Shown here: one piece after another, positions 10,885 through 21,532 of the stretch | How the letters are laid out: every line of letters starts with the position of its first letter | Numbering within the stretch: the stretch's first letter is position 1 | Source: Candidatus Omnitrophota bacterium | Lineage (GTDB): Bacteria; Omnitrophota; Omnitrophia; Omnitrophales; Aquincolibacteriaceae | Length of the DNA stretch: 64,000 nt | NCBI GenBank assembly: GCA_903856085.1 | Contig: CAIOAT010000047.1 | Span: 20,634 to 84,633, forward strand | Direction: 5' to 3' | The notes under the pieces: generated by a model | The model's database searches: none | Seen by the model: the letters and a program-made list of their open reading frames with translations, nothing else | What the model was told of the DNA's origin: nothing | Position numbers and translations under genes: made by a program

Positions 10885-11670
10885 ATGAAAAAAAGACCCT
10901 TGATTGCCGGAAACTGGAAAATGTACAAGACGGCCTCTGAAGCTGTCACGCTTGTTCAGACGCTCAAAGCGGCCGCACACACGGTCTCAAACGTTACAAT
11001 CGTGATCTGTCCGCCTTTTACGGCCCTCAGCGAAGTTTCCAAGGTCCTGAAGGATACGTCGATCAACCTGGGAGCTCAGAACATGTATTGCGCTCCGGAA
11101 GGCGCGTTCACAGGCGAGATTTCACCGACGATGCTTAAAGACAGCGGCTGTCGTTACGTGATCCTCGGGCATTCCGAACGCCGCCAATATTTCAAAGAGG
11201 ATGATATCTTGATCCATGAAAAAGTGAAGACCGCTCTCAAATACAGTATCATTCCGATCGTGTGCGTCGGTGAAACGCTTGCGGAAAGGGACGCCAAGAA
11301 GCATTTCGATGTTGTCAAAACGCAATTCGACGAATCACTCGGCCATCTCGAAAAAGAGGAAATCGCCAAAGTCGTCGTCGCCTACGAACCGGTGTGGGCT
11401 ATTGGCACGGGGAAAACCGCAACCCCGGACCAAGCCGAGCAGATGCATTCTTATATCCGCCGTCTTCTCAATGAACGTTACAGCCAAGAGGTCGGTAACC
11501 GCATTCCGATTCTTTATGGGGGGAGCGTCAAACCGGACAACACGAAATCCTTGATGGAAAAACCCAATATCGACGGCGCCCTGGTCGGAGGCGCATCCCT
11601 TAAGGCCGAATCATTCGCGCAGATCATCCAGGAAGCTCAACAAACTTACGAATTGGGGATTCACTCATGA
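10885..11670 (+). CDS. tpiA: Triosephosphate isomerase
   Basis: 'AGNWKM', 'GHSERR', 'AYEPVWAIGTG', 'YGGSV'. Confidence 0.98.
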   Translation: MKKRPLIAGNWKMYKTASEAVTLVQTLKAAAHTVSNVTIVICPPFTALSEVSKVLKDTSINLGAQNMYCAPEGAFTGEISPTMLKDSGCRYVILGHSERRQYFKEDDILIHEKVKTALKYSIIPIVCVGETLAERDAKKHFDVVKTQFDESLGHLEKEEIAKVVVAYEPVWAIGTGKTATPDQAEQMHSYIRRLLNERYSQEVGNRIPILYGGSVKPDNTKSLMEKPNIDGALVGGASLKAESFAQIIQEAQQTYELGIHS

Positions 11671-12140
11671 ACCTTCTTATTGTTTGCATTCACGTCGTCG
11701 TTTGTTTCGTCCTGATTCTCGTCATTTTGCTCCAGGCCGGTCGAGGACAAGGGCTCACGGGAGCCAGTTTCGGCGGAAACGTTCAGTCTCTTTTTGGAAC
11801 GAAAGCTTCATCGTTCCTTACCAAGGCTACGAGCGTTTGTGCGATCATCTTTCTTTTTACGTGCATCGGATTGAATATTATCGAGGTCCAAAAGAGCCGT
11901 TCGCTTTTCAAATCTCCGAGTTCTCAAGCGCCTCTTGATATCGAACAGATCAAGAAAGCGCTTGCGAAGGTCAACAAGACCCGCGCCGCTGGAACAACCA
12001 CGGCAATCAAGACCGTGACGGTCCCGAAAACCGATGCCCAAAAAGTCGCCGAGGCCTCGAAAGCTGAAGCTGCGAAGCTTGCGGAAACTCTTAAAACAGA
12101 AGTTGTCACCACCGCGAAGGCGACGGCTAAGAAATCCTAG
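11667..12140 (+). CDS. secG: Preprotein translocase subunit SecG with an Ala/Lys/Thr-rich C-terminal extension
   Basis: Two TM helices around 'LLQAGRGQGL...FGG...LFG...FLTKAT'; conserved tpiA-secG synteny. Confidence 0.92.
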   Translation: MNLLIVCIHVVVCFVLILVILLQAGRGQGLTGASFGGNVQSLFGTKASSFLTKATSVCAIIFLFTCIGLNIIEVQKSRSLFKSPSSQAPLDIEQIKKALAKVNKTRAAGTTTAIKTVTVPKTDAQKVAEASKAEAAKLAETLKTEVVTTAKATAKKS

Positions 12141-12175
12141 CCGTTCTTACGGTCCTTCTGCCCGATGCGGACCCT

Positions 12176-14239
12176 ATGAAAGTCTCCGAACCGGAAATCG
12201 GAGCTTTGCGTTATATCAAGGGTGTCGGTCCCAAGCGTTCCCTTGTTTTTCAAAAGATTGGCATTCATTCGGTTCGTGATCTGCTCTATCTTTTCCCTCG
12301 TCGTTACGAAGATCGCTCCCATTTCGCCGCGCTCAACAACCTGCCCATGAATGAGCCCATTACATGCCGAGGCGAGATTGTGGATGTGAAATTCAAACCC
12401 ATCCGCGGCATGCCTCTCGTCGAAGTTTTGATCGGCGATGATGTCGGGACCTTGCGCGCTGTCTGGTTCAATCAGCCTTACTTAAAGAAACTTTTTCTTT
12501 GCGGCCAGCAGGTCATTCTTTATGGCAAAGTCGAGCTCTACCAAAAGCGAATCCAGATGTCGAATCCGGAATTCGAGATCGTAGAGAGTTCCGAAGCCGA
12601 ATCCATCCACACCGGGCGCATCACACCGATTTATCCGCTGACCGAAGGACTTTTCCAGAGATCCCTCCGCACCACGCTCAAAGAAGCTATCGAGCATCAT
12701 CTGGAGGGTTCTGTCACGGACATGCTACCGCCAGAATTGCGAAGTGAACTCGATCTCATGACGCTCGACCGCGCCCTTCGTGAAATGCATCTTCCGAGCT
12801 CCTTCGAAGAGCTCGGAAAAGCGCGCCGGCGCATCGTCTTCGATGAGTTCTTCTCTTTTGAGCTACAGCTTTTTTTGAAGGTCAAAGCAATTCGCGCACA
12901 GTATCCAGCTCATGCATTTAAAATTCATCCGGACCTGATGCATGAATTCAAGCGTTCCCTGCCATTCGAACTCACGAAAAGCCAAGAACAAGCGATCTTG
13001 GATCTTGTGAAGGATCTGGGACAAACGGTACCCATGAACCGTCTTCTGCAAGGGGATGTGGGGTCAGGGAAAACAGTAGTCGCGGCGTTCGCATTTTTCG
13101 CGGCGTATCGATCGGGACTTCAATCCGCGTTTCTCATTCCGACCGAGATCCTTGCGGAACAGCATTACCGGACACTTTTGAAATTTCTGGAACCCGTGGG
13201 GATCCGCCTCGAACTTTTGACCAAAAGCACAGAGGCCGACAAGCGTGTGCGGCTTATCGCGGACCTTAAACAGGGGAAAGTTCCCGTCGTGGTCGGAACG
13301 CACGCTCTTTTGCAAGAGGACGTCCGGTTCAAGGACCTGGGGCTTCTCGTAGTCGATGAACAGCATAAATTCGGCGTGCATCAACGTAACCAGCTTTTAC
13401 AAAAAATACCGAGACCGCATCAGCTTGTAATGACCGCCACGCCGATCCCGCGGACTCTGGCTCTCACTGTCTACGCAGATCTGGACATTTCGGTTATGAA
13501 AGAGCTGCCGAAGGGCCGACAGCCAATCAAGACTTACTGGATCACCCGAAAAAAACAATCCGAGATCTTTGAGCGCGTAGCCGCCCGGATCCAAAAGGGG
13601 GAGCAGGCCTATATTGTGTTCCCTCTCATCGAGGAAACTGAGAAAAAGGATTTGCTGGCCGCGAAAAAAGAGTTCGAACGTCTTCGAAAAACTGTATTTA
13701 AGAAATTTCAGCTGGGACTGGTTCATGGCAAGCTGGATCGCCCGGAGAGGGAAGCGATCATGCGTGCCTTTTCCAGAAATGAGATCGATGTCCTTGTCGC
13801 GACTTCCGTGATCGAAGTCGGCGTGGATCAGCCCAATGCCACGATGATGATTATCGAGAATGCTGAGCGGTTTGGGCTCGCGCAGCTCCACCAATTGCGC
13901 GGGCGTATCGGTCGCGGCAAACTCGAATCGGAGTGTTTTCTCTTTGGCGAACCCACGACCGACGAGGGAAAGATGCGCCTCAGACTTCTCACCAAACTGA
14001 ACGACGGATTTCTTATCGCGGACGAAGATCTGAAACTTCGCGGGCAGGGAGATCTTTGGGGAACCCGTCAATCCGGGGAGCCTCTTTTTCGCGTCGCACA
14101 TCCGATCAACGATGAGGCCATCCTGCTTCAAGCGAGGAGAGAAGCTCAAAAATTGATCGCTGGAATTCCCGGGGTCTCACCCCAAAAAACTCCCGCGTGG
14201 GTCCAAAAATATCTCGAACAAATGCCCAAAACCGATTAG
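12176..14239 (+). CDS. recG: ATP-dependent DNA helicase RecG
   Basis: 'LQGDVGSGKT', 'DEQHKFGV', 'MTATPIPRTL', 'HQLRGRIGRG', 'DLKLRG'. Confidence 0.97.
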   Translation: MKVSEPEIGALRYIKGVGPKRSLVFQKIGIHSVRDLLYLFPRRYEDRSHFAALNNLPMNEPITCRGEIVDVKFKPIRGMPLVEVLIGDDVGTLRAVWFNQPYLKKLFLCGQQVILYGKVELYQKRIQMSNPEFEIVESSEAESIHTGRITPIYPLTEGLFQRSLRTTLKEAIEHHLEGSVTDMLPPELRSELDLMTLDRALREMHLPSSFEELGKARRRIVFDEFFSFELQLFLKVKAIRAQYPAHAFKIHPDLMHEFKRSLPFELTKSQEQAILDLVKDLGQTVPMNRLLQGDVGSGKTVVAAFAFFAAYRSGLQSAFLIPTEILAEQHYRTLLKFLEPVGIRLELLTKSTEADKRVRLIADLKQGKVPVVVGTHALLQEDVRFKDLGLLVVDEQHKFGVHQRNQLLQKIPRPHQLVMTATPIPRTLALTVYADLDISVMKELPKGRQPIKTYWITRKKQSEIFERVAARIQKGEQAYIVFPLIEETEKKDLLAAKKEFERLRKTVFKKFQLGLVHGKLDRPEREAIMRAFSRNEIDVLVATSVIEVGVDQPNATMMIIENAERFGLAQLHQLRGRIGRGKLESECFLFGEPTTDEGKMRLRLLTKLNDGFLIADEDLKLRGQGDLWGTRQSGEPLFRVAHPINDEAILLQARREAQKLIAGIPGVSPQKTPAWVQKYLEQMPKTD

Positions 14240-14248
14240 ACTACGACC

Positions 14249-14848
14249 ATGCGTATTATTAGCGGAAAATTTAAATCGCGGAAGATTGATTTCCCCAAGA
14301 ACAAGCTGACCCGTCCGATGACGGACCGGACCAAGGAAACGCTTTTCAATATCGTGGGCTCGTTTGTCTTCGGAAAGCACATTCTGGATCTTTATGCTGG
14401 GTCGGGAAGTCTTGGATTGGAATCTATAAGTCGCGGCGCAATCAGTGCGACTTTTGTCGATCAGGCGCCGTGGGCCAAGAAAATTATCGAGAAGAATTTG
14501 GAAAGTCTCGGGGTTAGCAACCAAGGCACGATCCTTATGACGGATATGCTTCCGGCCATCAAGAGGCTCGAGAAAAGCGGACAAGGATTTTCTCTGATTT
14601 TCGTGGATCCTCCATTCATGAAAGGCTTGGTCAAAAAGACGTTGATGAGGCTGGATACGTCTGATATAGTCCTGCCTTTCGCGCAAGTGGTTGTGGGGCA
14701 TATGTGGCGGGAAGAGCTGCCGAATGCCGAGTTGAAGAACCTCAAATGGGTCCGCACAAAACGGATCGGGCAAGCCTGCCTTTCATTCTTTTTCCGATTG
14801 GAATCAACAAATGAAAAAACGAAAAGCTATATATCCGGGGAGCTTTGA
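14249..14848 (+). CDS. rsmD: 16S rRNA m2G966 methyltransferase
   Basis: 'MRIISG', 'RPMTDRTKETLFN', 'LDLYAGSGSLGLE', 'DPPF'; precedes coaD. Confidence 0.93.
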   Translation: MRIISGKFKSRKIDFPKNKLTRPMTDRTKETLFNIVGSFVFGKHILDLYAGSGSLGLESISRGAISATFVDQAPWAKKIIEKNLESLGVSNQGTILMTDMLPAIKRLEKSGQGFSLIFVDPPFMKGLVKKTLMRLDTSDIVLPFAQVVVGHMWREELPNAELKNLKWVRTKRIGQACLSFFFRLESTNEKTKSYISGEL

Positions 14849-15308
14849 TCCCGTTACGTTCGGTCATCTGGATCTGATCGAACGGGCTCTCAACCTCTTC
14901 GACGAACTGATCGTGGTCGTCGCCTCAAATCCTTCGAAAAAGACCCTTTTTACGGCGGAGGAGCGTGTGAGTTTCTTAAAAACGGCGCTCAAACATCGCC
15001 CCCAGGTGAAAGTGAAAAGTTCGGAAGGCTTGACGGTCCGTCTTGCGGTGAAAGAAAAAGCGTTCACGCTCATTCGGGGCATCCGGGCGACCTCGGATTT
15101 CGATTATGAGTTTCAGATGGCCCTTACGAACCGCAAGCTAGCTTCCAAGATCGATACGATGTTCCTCATGCCGTCCGAATCGCATTTTTATCTTTCCTCG
15201 CGTCTCATTAAAGAGGTCGCTCAGTTGGGCGGGGATGTGACGCGTTACGTCCCGGCCCTGGTCGCCGACAGGATCAAAAAAAAGTTTTCTAGGGTCGGGG
15301 CGCGTTAA
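14811..15308 (+). CDS. coaD: Phosphopantetheine adenylyltransferase
   Basis: 'YPGSFDPVTFGHLD', 'IRGIR..SDFDYE', 'SSRLIKE'. Confidence 0.97.
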   Translation: MKKRKAIYPGSFDPVTFGHLDLIERALNLFDELIVVVASNPSKKTLFTAEERVSFLKTALKHRPQVKVKSSEGLTVRLAVKEKAFTLIRGIRATSDFDYEFQMALTNRKLASKIDTMFLMPSESHFYLSSRLIKEVAQLGGDVTRYVPALVADRIKKKFSRVGAR

Positions 15309-15385
15309 CGCCGCAAGACATTTTAATTTGGGGTATGCGGCATAGTGCTGTTTATCCCTGGAATCAAATGGAGAGTGGCTCTAAT

Positions 15386-15868
15386 ATGAAATTGATCCTT
15401 TCGGAATTTGAGGAGGGCGTTTCGATCCCTGTTCAGGGGTCTTATGATGCGAAGACGATTGAGGTGGAGTTCCCGGACATGCTTTATACGGCGCCTATTC
15501 TTCTGAACGGAGAAGCTGAAAAAAACGGCGGTATGCTTCGTTTGCAGGGAACTCTGAGGACTGCGGTCCAACGGATCTGCGGAAAATGCCTGAAGGAAAA
15601 GAACGAAGATTTATCCTTTGATGTGGATTGGATCTTTGATCTCTCAGGCTTGGATGCGATTGAACCGCTTGAGAATGTGCGTGAGCTATTGATCGTTGAA
15701 CATCCGCTCGTGCATCTGTGCAAGGAGGACTGTCGCGGACTTTGTCCTCATTGCGGCATCGATCTCAATGAAGGCGCTTGCAATTGTAAAGAAAATGGCT
15801 ATCATGCTTCCCCAGTCATCATAAAAAAAGAGAAATCCAAGAAGGAGCGACATCATGGCACATCCTAA
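15386..15868 (+). CDS. YceD/DUF177 family protein
   Basis: 'CGKCL' and 'CKEDCRGLCPHCG..LN..C.C'; immediately upstream of rpmF. Confidence 0.9.
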   Translation: MKLILSEFEEGVSIPVQGSYDAKTIEVEFPDMLYTAPILLNGEAEKNGGMLRLQGTLRTAVQRICGKCLKEKNEDLSFDVDWIFDLSGLDAIEPLENVRELLIVEHPLVHLCKEDCRGLCPHCGIDLNEGACNCKENGYHASPVIIKKEKSKKERHHGTS

Positions 15869-16052
15869 GAGAAAACATTCGAATACGCGCTCGCGGCTAC
15901 GCCGGGCCAACGATTTTTTGGTCCCGAAGTCTCGTTCGCAGTGTGCGCAATGCGGCGCGTTCATCCTGCCTCATCGCGTCTGCACTTCCTGCGGCTTCTA
16001 TAAAGGGAAGTTGGTGAAGGTGATCAAGGTCAAGACTCGGGAGAAGGAATAA
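15855..16052 (+). CDS. rpmF: 50S ribosomal protein L32 (Zn-ribbon form)
   Basis: 'MAHPKRKHS', 'CAQCG', 'PHRVCTSCGFY'. Confidence 0.97.
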   Translation: MAHPKRKHSNTRSRLRRANDFLVPKSRSQCAQCGAFILPHRVCTSCGFYKGKLVKVIKVKTREKE

Positions 16053-16057
16053 CCCGC

Positions 16058-17107
16058 ATGATCCGGATCGCTCTGGACGGAATGGGCGGGGATTATGCCC
16101 CGCAGGTCGTGGTGGAAGGTGCTGTTATGGCCGCCAACGACTTTGAACATCTAGAAATCGTTCTCGTCGGCCAAACCGCTGCTCTCAAGAGGGAGTTGAA
16201 TAAGCATAAGGTTCTTGGCGGCAAGATCGTTCTCCTGGAAGCAAGCGAGGTCATCGGCATGGGAGAATCGCCGGTCGCCGCGCTCCGCAAGAAAAAAGAT
16301 TCCTCGATCGGCGTCTGTATCGACCTTTTGAAGAAAAAGGATTGTGCCGCGGCCGTTTCTGCAGGGAACACAGGTGCTATGGTCGCTGCCTCCACGCTTC
16401 ATCTCGGCATGTTGCCCGGGATCAAGCGTCCCGGGATCGCCATTGCAACGCCAACACTCCACGGTATGTCGGTCACCGCGGATGTGGGCGCTAACTTGAA
16501 TCCCTCCGCTTATGAACTTTTCCAGTACGCAATCATGGCGGATGTGTTTGCCCGAAGCATCCTCAAGAAGAAACGCCCAACGATTGGACTTCTTAATATC
16601 GGAGAAGAAGAATCCAAGGGCACTGAAGTCATCAAGGAAACCTACAAACTTCTTCGCGAATCCACGCTAAACTTCATCGGGAACATTGAAGGGCGCGATT
16701 TCTTTACAGGGAAAGCGGATTGCATCATCTGTGACGGCTTTGTCGGCAATGTGGTGCTCAAGATGATTGAAAGTGTTTTGGAGACCTCGGTCGCGCTCAT
16801 CGGCCGTGAGCTTCGCAAGAATCCCATCACTTCGATCGCCGCTTGGCTTTTGAAACCCGCTCTTTCCTCGATCCGAAAAGAAACGGACTATGAGGAAGCC
16901 GGGGGCGCGCCGCTTCTCGGCGTGGACGGAAACGTCATTATCAGTCACGGCATCTCTTCCGCTCTCGCCATCCGCAATGCGATCCGTGTCGCGGGAGAGC
17001 TTGTCACCACACGCGTCAATGCACAGATCGTGGAAGCCATCACCCCATACCTGAATCATGCCGTTACGCCCGTGCCTCCGGGTGAACGTAAGCCCAGTAA
17101 TGCGTAA
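16058..17107 (+). CDS. plsX: Phosphate acyltransferase PlsX
   Basis: 'IALDGMGGDYAP', 'SAGNTGA', 'NIGEEESKG', 'DGFVGN'. Confidence 0.97.
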   Translation: MIRIALDGMGGDYAPQVVVEGAVMAANDFEHLEIVLVGQTAALKRELNKHKVLGGKIVLLEASEVIGMGESPVAALRKKKDSSIGVCIDLLKKKDCAAAVSAGNTGAMVAASTLHLGMLPGIKRPGIAIATPTLHGMSVTADVGANLNPSAYELFQYAIMADVFARSILKKKRPTIGLLNIGEEESKGTEVIKETYKLLRESTLNFIGNIEGRDFFTGKADCIICDGFVGNVVLKMIESVLETSVALIGRELRKNPITSIAAWLLKPALSSIRKETDYEEAGGAPLLGVDGNVIISHGISSALAIRNAIRVAGELVTTRVNAQIVEAITPYLNHAVTPVPPGERKPSNA

Positions 17108-17141
17108 TTAATTTAATCTCGTAACGATCCCAAAAGGAAAC

Positions 17142-18128
17142 ATGACAGCACCTTATCGTGCAGCTATTACAGGGCTCGGAGCATATCTGCCCGAGAAAGT
17201 TTTAACGAATGCGGATATCGAAAAGATCGTCGATACCACGGATGAATGGATCCGTACGCGGACGGGCATTTGTGAGCGCCGGGTCGCTGCCCCGGATCAG
17301 GCCACAAGTGATCTCGCTTTGCCGGCGGCGCAGGAAGCTTTAAAAAACGCCGGCATTACTCCTCAGGATCTGGATCTCATCATTGTTGCGACTACGTCGC
17401 CGGACATGATCTTTCCCTCGGCCTCCTGTTATCTCCAGGCGAAACTCGGCGCTTCTTGCGGAGCTTTTGATCTCGCAGCCGCCTGCTCCGGCTTTGCTTA
17501 TGCCCTTGCTGTAGCGGAAGGATTTGTGAAATCCGGTATTTATAAAAATGTGCTGGTCGTCGGAGCCGAAACGATCACAAGATTCATCAACTGGAAGGAT
17601 CGCGGGACCTGCGTCCTTTTTGGTGATGGCGCCGGAGCGGCTGTCGTTTCAAGGTCCAAAGACGGACATGGAATCTTGGCGTCTTACCTGGGCGCGGATG
17701 GCAATGAAAGTGAAATACTCCAGATTCCTGCGGGGGGATCCCGAATCCCACCGAGTGCTGAGAGCGTCGCGAATGGCCAACATTATATCCGCATGGCCGG
17801 CCCGGAACTTTTTAAGATCGCGGTCAAAACCATGGAACAAGCTGTTCTTAAGGTTCTGGAGCGCGAGAACCTTCAAGTAAAAGACATTAACTGTCTCATT
17901 CCGCATCAGGCGAATAATCGCATCCTTCAAGCCGTTGCGGAACGTCTCAAGATCGCTCCCGAGAAAGTTTTTATCAATGTGGATCGTTACGGCAATATGT
18001 CGAGTGCTTCCACGGTGGTCGCTCTTTATGAAGCTGTGAAAACCGGCGCAGTTAAGAAGGGGGACTATGTTGTCCTCGTCGCATTCGGCGGCGGTCTCAC
18101 CTGGGGCGCGAGCCTGATCAAGTGGTAG
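17142..18128 (+). CDS. fabH: 3-oxoacyl-ACP synthase III
   Basis: Catalytic triad motifs 'AACSGF', 'PHQAN', 'GNMSSAS'. Confidence 0.97.
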   Translation: MTAPYRAAITGLGAYLPEKVLTNADIEKIVDTTDEWIRTRTGICERRVAAPDQATSDLALPAAQEALKNAGITPQDLDLIIVATTSPDMIFPSASCYLQAKLGASCGAFDLAAACSGFAYALAVAEGFVKSGIYKNVLVVGAETITRFINWKDRGTCVLFGDGAGAAVVSRSKDGHGILASYLGADGNESEILQIPAGGSRIPPSAESVANGQHYIRMAGPELFKIAVKTMEQAVLKVLERENLQVKDINCLIPHQANNRILQAVAERLKIAPEKVFINVDRYGNMSSASTVVALYEAVKTGAVKKGDYVVLVAFGGGLTWGASLIKW

Positions 18129-18135
18129 CTTGTCT

Positions 18136-19077
18136 ATGACCAAACCTATTGGTTTCCTATTTCCGGGGCAAGGCGCGCAATTCGTGGGTATGGGCAAAGA
18201 TCTTTATGCTGAGAGCCTTGCCGCTCGCGAACTTTATAAAAAAGCCGACGAGATCCTGGGATATCCCATCAGCCAATTCTGTTTCGACGGACCTGAAACA
18301 GAATTGACGCGCACCCTTTATGCTCAAACCGGCATTCTTGTCACCAGTCTTGCAGCGTTGGCCGCACTGCGTGAAAAAGATACGGATCTTCAGCCTTCGA
18401 TCGTTGCGGGTTTAAGTTTAGGTGAGTTCACTGCTTTGACCGCATCGGGAGCGATCTCCTTTGAAGATGCGTTGAAACTTGTGCAAGTCCGCGCTGAAGC
18501 CATGGAGGATGCGGCCAAAAATAATCCGGGAACCATGGCTTTCGTCATGGGCCTCACGATCGAGCAATGCATGGACGTAGCCCGGGAAGCAGGTTGCGAG
18601 GTCGCAAATCTTAATGCTCCGGATCAGACGGTGCTTTCAGGAGCTCTCCAGGCGATTGAACAGGCCTGCAAAATCGCAGAAACTAAAGGCGCTAAACGTG
18701 CGATGCCTCTTAAAGTCGGCGGTGCCTTTCATTCGTCCCTTATGGGGGAGGCTAAATCGCGGCTTGAGGATGCGCTTGCTCATACCCCGATCCATGAACC
18801 TAAGTGTGCTTTTATCCCCAATGTTACCGCTCTAAAAGTTTCTAATCCGGAAGAGATACGATCCTTACTTGCGAAGCAGCTGACGAGTTCGGTTCAGTGG
18901 GTCCGGACGATGGCAACCGCCAAGGAATCCGGGATTACGACTTATCTGGAAATCGGTCCTGGGAAAATACTCAAAGGACTGGCGCGTAAGTGTCAGCCAG
19001 AACTCGAAGTCTTTTCATTTTGTAGCGTGGCCGATTTTAAAGGCCTGGAATCGCTTACGGGGTTGGCAAAATCGTAA
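18136..19077 (+). CDS. fabD: Malonyl CoA-ACP transacylase
   Basis: 'FPGQGAQ', 'GLSLGE', 'GAFHS', 'EIGPG'. Confidence 0.96.
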   Translation: MTKPIGFLFPGQGAQFVGMGKDLYAESLAARELYKKADEILGYPISQFCFDGPETELTRTLYAQTGILVTSLAALAALREKDTDLQPSIVAGLSLGEFTALTASGAISFEDALKLVQVRAEAMEDAAKNNPGTMAFVMGLTIEQCMDVAREAGCEVANLNAPDQTVLSGALQAIEQACKIAETKGAKRAMPLKVGGAFHSSLMGEAKSRLEDALAHTPIHEPKCAFIPNVTALKVSNPEEIRSLLAKQLTSSVQWVRTMATAKESGITTYLEIGPGKILKGLARKCQPELEVFSFCSVADFKGLESLTGLAKS

Positions 19078-19103
19078 CAATCATAACAATAAGGAGATAA
19101 ATC

Positions 19104-19847
19104 ATGATGCTGAAAGATAAAGTCGCGCTTGTCACCGGTGCCGGTCGCGGGATCGGCCAAGCGATCGCCCTTGCGTTCGCAAAAGAGGGCGCTATTTTGG
19201 TCCTTTCGGACCTCAAAACCGAGTTTTTGACAGAGACCGAAGCCCTTGCAAAACAGGCGGGATCCCCGAAATGCATTTTGACGCAAGCCAATGTGGCTAA
19301 TGGAGATGAAGTGGACCAAGTTGTCAAAATTGCCCTTGACACGTTTGAGCGCATCGATATACTCGTCAACGTTGCGGGCATCACGAAGGACGGATTGCTC
19401 GCGACCATGTCCGAACAGGACTGGGACGATGTTCTTTCGATCAATTTGAAGAGCGCATTCCTCTTCACCAAGGCGTGCGCAAGGCCCATGATGAAGCAGC
19501 GTGCTGGAGTGATCATCAATATCGCTTCCATCATTGGGATCGCCGGGAACGCTGGGCAGGCGAATTACGCAGCCTCCAAAGGCGGCATGATCGCCCTGAC
19601 GAAGAGCACCGCGAAAGAGTTGGCCAAACGGAATATCCGGGCCAACGCGATCGCCCCGGGGTTCATCAAGAGTAAGATGACCGACAAGCTTCCGCCGGAT
19701 CTGGTCGAGAAAATGAAGGAACGGATCGGGCTAAGGCGTCTCGGAGAGCCTCAAGATGTAGCGAATGTTGCCGTATTTCTGGCATCGGAAGCTTCAGCCT
19801 ATGTCACCGGTCAGACGATCGTCGTGGACGGTGGGCTCGTACTCTGA
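19104..19847 (+). CDS. fabG: 3-oxoacyl-ACP reductase
   Basis: 'TGAGRGIG', 'AGITKD', 'GQANYAASK'; lies in the fab cluster. Confidence 0.96.
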   Translation: MMLKDKVALVTGAGRGIGQAIALAFAKEGAILVLSDLKTEFLTETEALAKQAGSPKCILTQANVANGDEVDQVVKIALDTFERIDILVNVAGITKDGLLATMSEQDWDDVLSINLKSAFLFTKACARPMMKQRAGVIINIASIIGIAGNAGQANYAASKGGMIALTKSTAKELAKRNIRANAIAPGFIKSKMTDKLPPDLVEKMKERIGLRRLGEPQDVANVAVFLASEASAYVTGQTIVVDGGLVL

Positions 19848-19896
19848 TTCGATTATCACGCAATAAAGCTTTAAATCATTAAAGGAGGAAACATCA

Positions 19897-20136
19897 ATGG
19901 GCGTTCAAGAAAAGATCACAGAAATTATCGTCGAGCAACTTGGTGTGAAGCCTGAGGAAGTCGTTCCCGAAGCATCTTTCGTAGATGATCTCGGTGCGGA
20001 TTCTTTAGACACCGTCGAGTTGGTCATGGCCTTCGAAGAAGAGTTTGGTGCGGAAATTCCGGACGAAGATGCCGAAAAACTCCAGACCGTTGGGGATGCC
20101 ATTAAGTACGTCTCGGAAAAGACGAGCCAGAAGTAG
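19897..20136 (+). CDS. acpP: Acyl carrier protein
   Basis: '[21 protein letters not shown]'; strong RBS aaggagg. Confidence 0.98.
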   Translation: MGVQEKITEIIVEQLGVKPEEVVPEASFVDDLGADSLDTVELVMAFEEEFGAEIPDEDAEKLQTVGDAIKYVSEKTSQK

Positions 20137-20190
20137 TCGGCCCGTTCTTTCAATCCTAAAAATCCTTCTACCTAAGGAAGTACAACTATC

Positions 20191-21432
20191 ATGCGTCGTG
20201 TAGTTATTACCGGTATTGGCATGATTACGCCTGTGGCCAATACGGCCGAAGAATCTTGGCATGGCTTTTTGAAAGGCAAGAGCGGGACGGGTCCTCTGAC
20301 CCAGATCGACTCGACGCCTTTCAATTCCAAGGTCGCTGCCGAAGTTAAGAACTTCGAGCCCACCAAGTACATGTCCCTGAAAGAGATCAAAAAGACGGAT
20401 ATCTTTGTCCAGTTCGGTGTCGCTACAGCTAAGATGGCTATGGAAGACGCCAAGTTGGACATTTCCAAGGTCGACGCACATCGCGTTGGTATTCTGGTCG
20501 GTTCGGGAATCGGCGGACTTCGCGTGATTGAGGAGCAGCATCGTCAGATGATGGAAAAAGGACCTGGTCGTATTTCTCCCTTCCTGATTCCGATGCTTAT
20601 TGTGAATATGGCTCCCGGGGCGATTTCGATCGCTTTGGGGCTCAAAGGACCCAGCACTTGCGTGGCAACGGCCTGCGCAACGGGCTCTAATGCCATAGGA
20701 GATGCTTTCAAAATCATTCAGCGCAACGAAGCGGATATCATGTTTGCCGGCGGGACGGAATCATGCATCACAAATCTCGGATTTGGCGGCTTCGATGCGA
20801 TGAAAGCTTTAAGCACTCACAACGAAAATCCAGCGACTGCCTCGCGCCCGTTCGATAAGACGCGCAGCGGGTTCGTGATGGGCGAGGGCTGTGCGGTTCT
20901 GATCATGGAAGAGCTGGAGCACGCGAAAAAACGTGGGGCCAAGATTTACGCAGAAATGGCGGGTTACGGAATGACATCTGACGCGAGTCATATTACGGCT
21001 CCGGACCCAAGCGGGGAAGGTGCCGCCCGCTGCATGGTGATCGCCATGAAAGATGCAGGCATCCGGCCCGAAGACGTCGACTACATCAACGCCCACGGAA
21101 CCTCGACGCCTTTAAACGATAAGGTCGAGACCTTGGCCATCAAGAAAGCCTTGGGGGAAGATGTCGCGCGCAAGGTAAGGATCAGCTCGACGAAATCCAT
21201 GACCGGACATCTCCTGGGAGCAGCCGGTGCCGTCGAAGGTGCGGTTTGCGTGTTGGCTATACGCGATCAGATTGTTCCGCCGACGATCAATTACAAACAT
21301 CCAGACCCGGATTGCGATCTAAATTACGTTCCGAACGAAGCTCAAGCCTGCCGCGTTCGTTTCACTTTGTCGAACTCGTTGGGTTTTGGGGGGCATAACG
21401 CCTGTGTCGCATTCAAAGCGTATCAGGAATAG
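20191..21432 (+). CDS. fabF: 3-oxoacyl-ACP synthase II
   Basis: 'TACATG', 'NAHGTSTP', 'KSMTGHLLGAAG', 'NSLGFGG'. Confidence 0.97.
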   Translation: MRRVVITGIGMITPVANTAEESWHGFLKGKSGTGPLTQIDSTPFNSKVAAEVKNFEPTKYMSLKEIKKTDIFVQFGVATAKMAMEDAKLDISKVDAHRVGILVGSGIGGLRVIEEQHRQMMEKGPGRISPFLIPMLIVNMAPGAISIALGLKGPSTCVATACATGSNAIGDAFKIIQRNEADIMFAGGTESCITNLGFGGFDAMKALSTHNENPATASRPFDKTRSGFVMGEGCAVLIMEELEHAKKRGAKIYAEMAGYGMTSDASHITAPDPSGEGAARCMVIAMKDAGIRPEDVDYINAHGTSTPLNDKVETLAIKKALGEDVARKVRISSTKSMTGHLLGAAGAVEGAVCVLAIRDQIVPPTINYKHPDPDCDLNYVPNEAQACRVRFTLSNSLGFGGHNACVAFKAYQE

Positions 21433-21532
21433 GCCTTATTTTCTCTCTTCAGACAGTACCCTTTTCTGCCGAAATAATAGCTGTAAGAGTTAACCCTAAA
21501 GGGGATCAGCTCTATCCTAAGAGCGTGCCAGC

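Noticed and set aside
12140-12176. tRNA-Leu often found after secG
   Set aside because: Only 35 bp separate secG and recG. No tRNA or rRNA was recognised anywhere in the window.
18406-18426. FabD nucleophile motif GLSLG instead of GHSxG
   Set aside because: A common natural variant of FabD; the catalytic Ser and His are retained.
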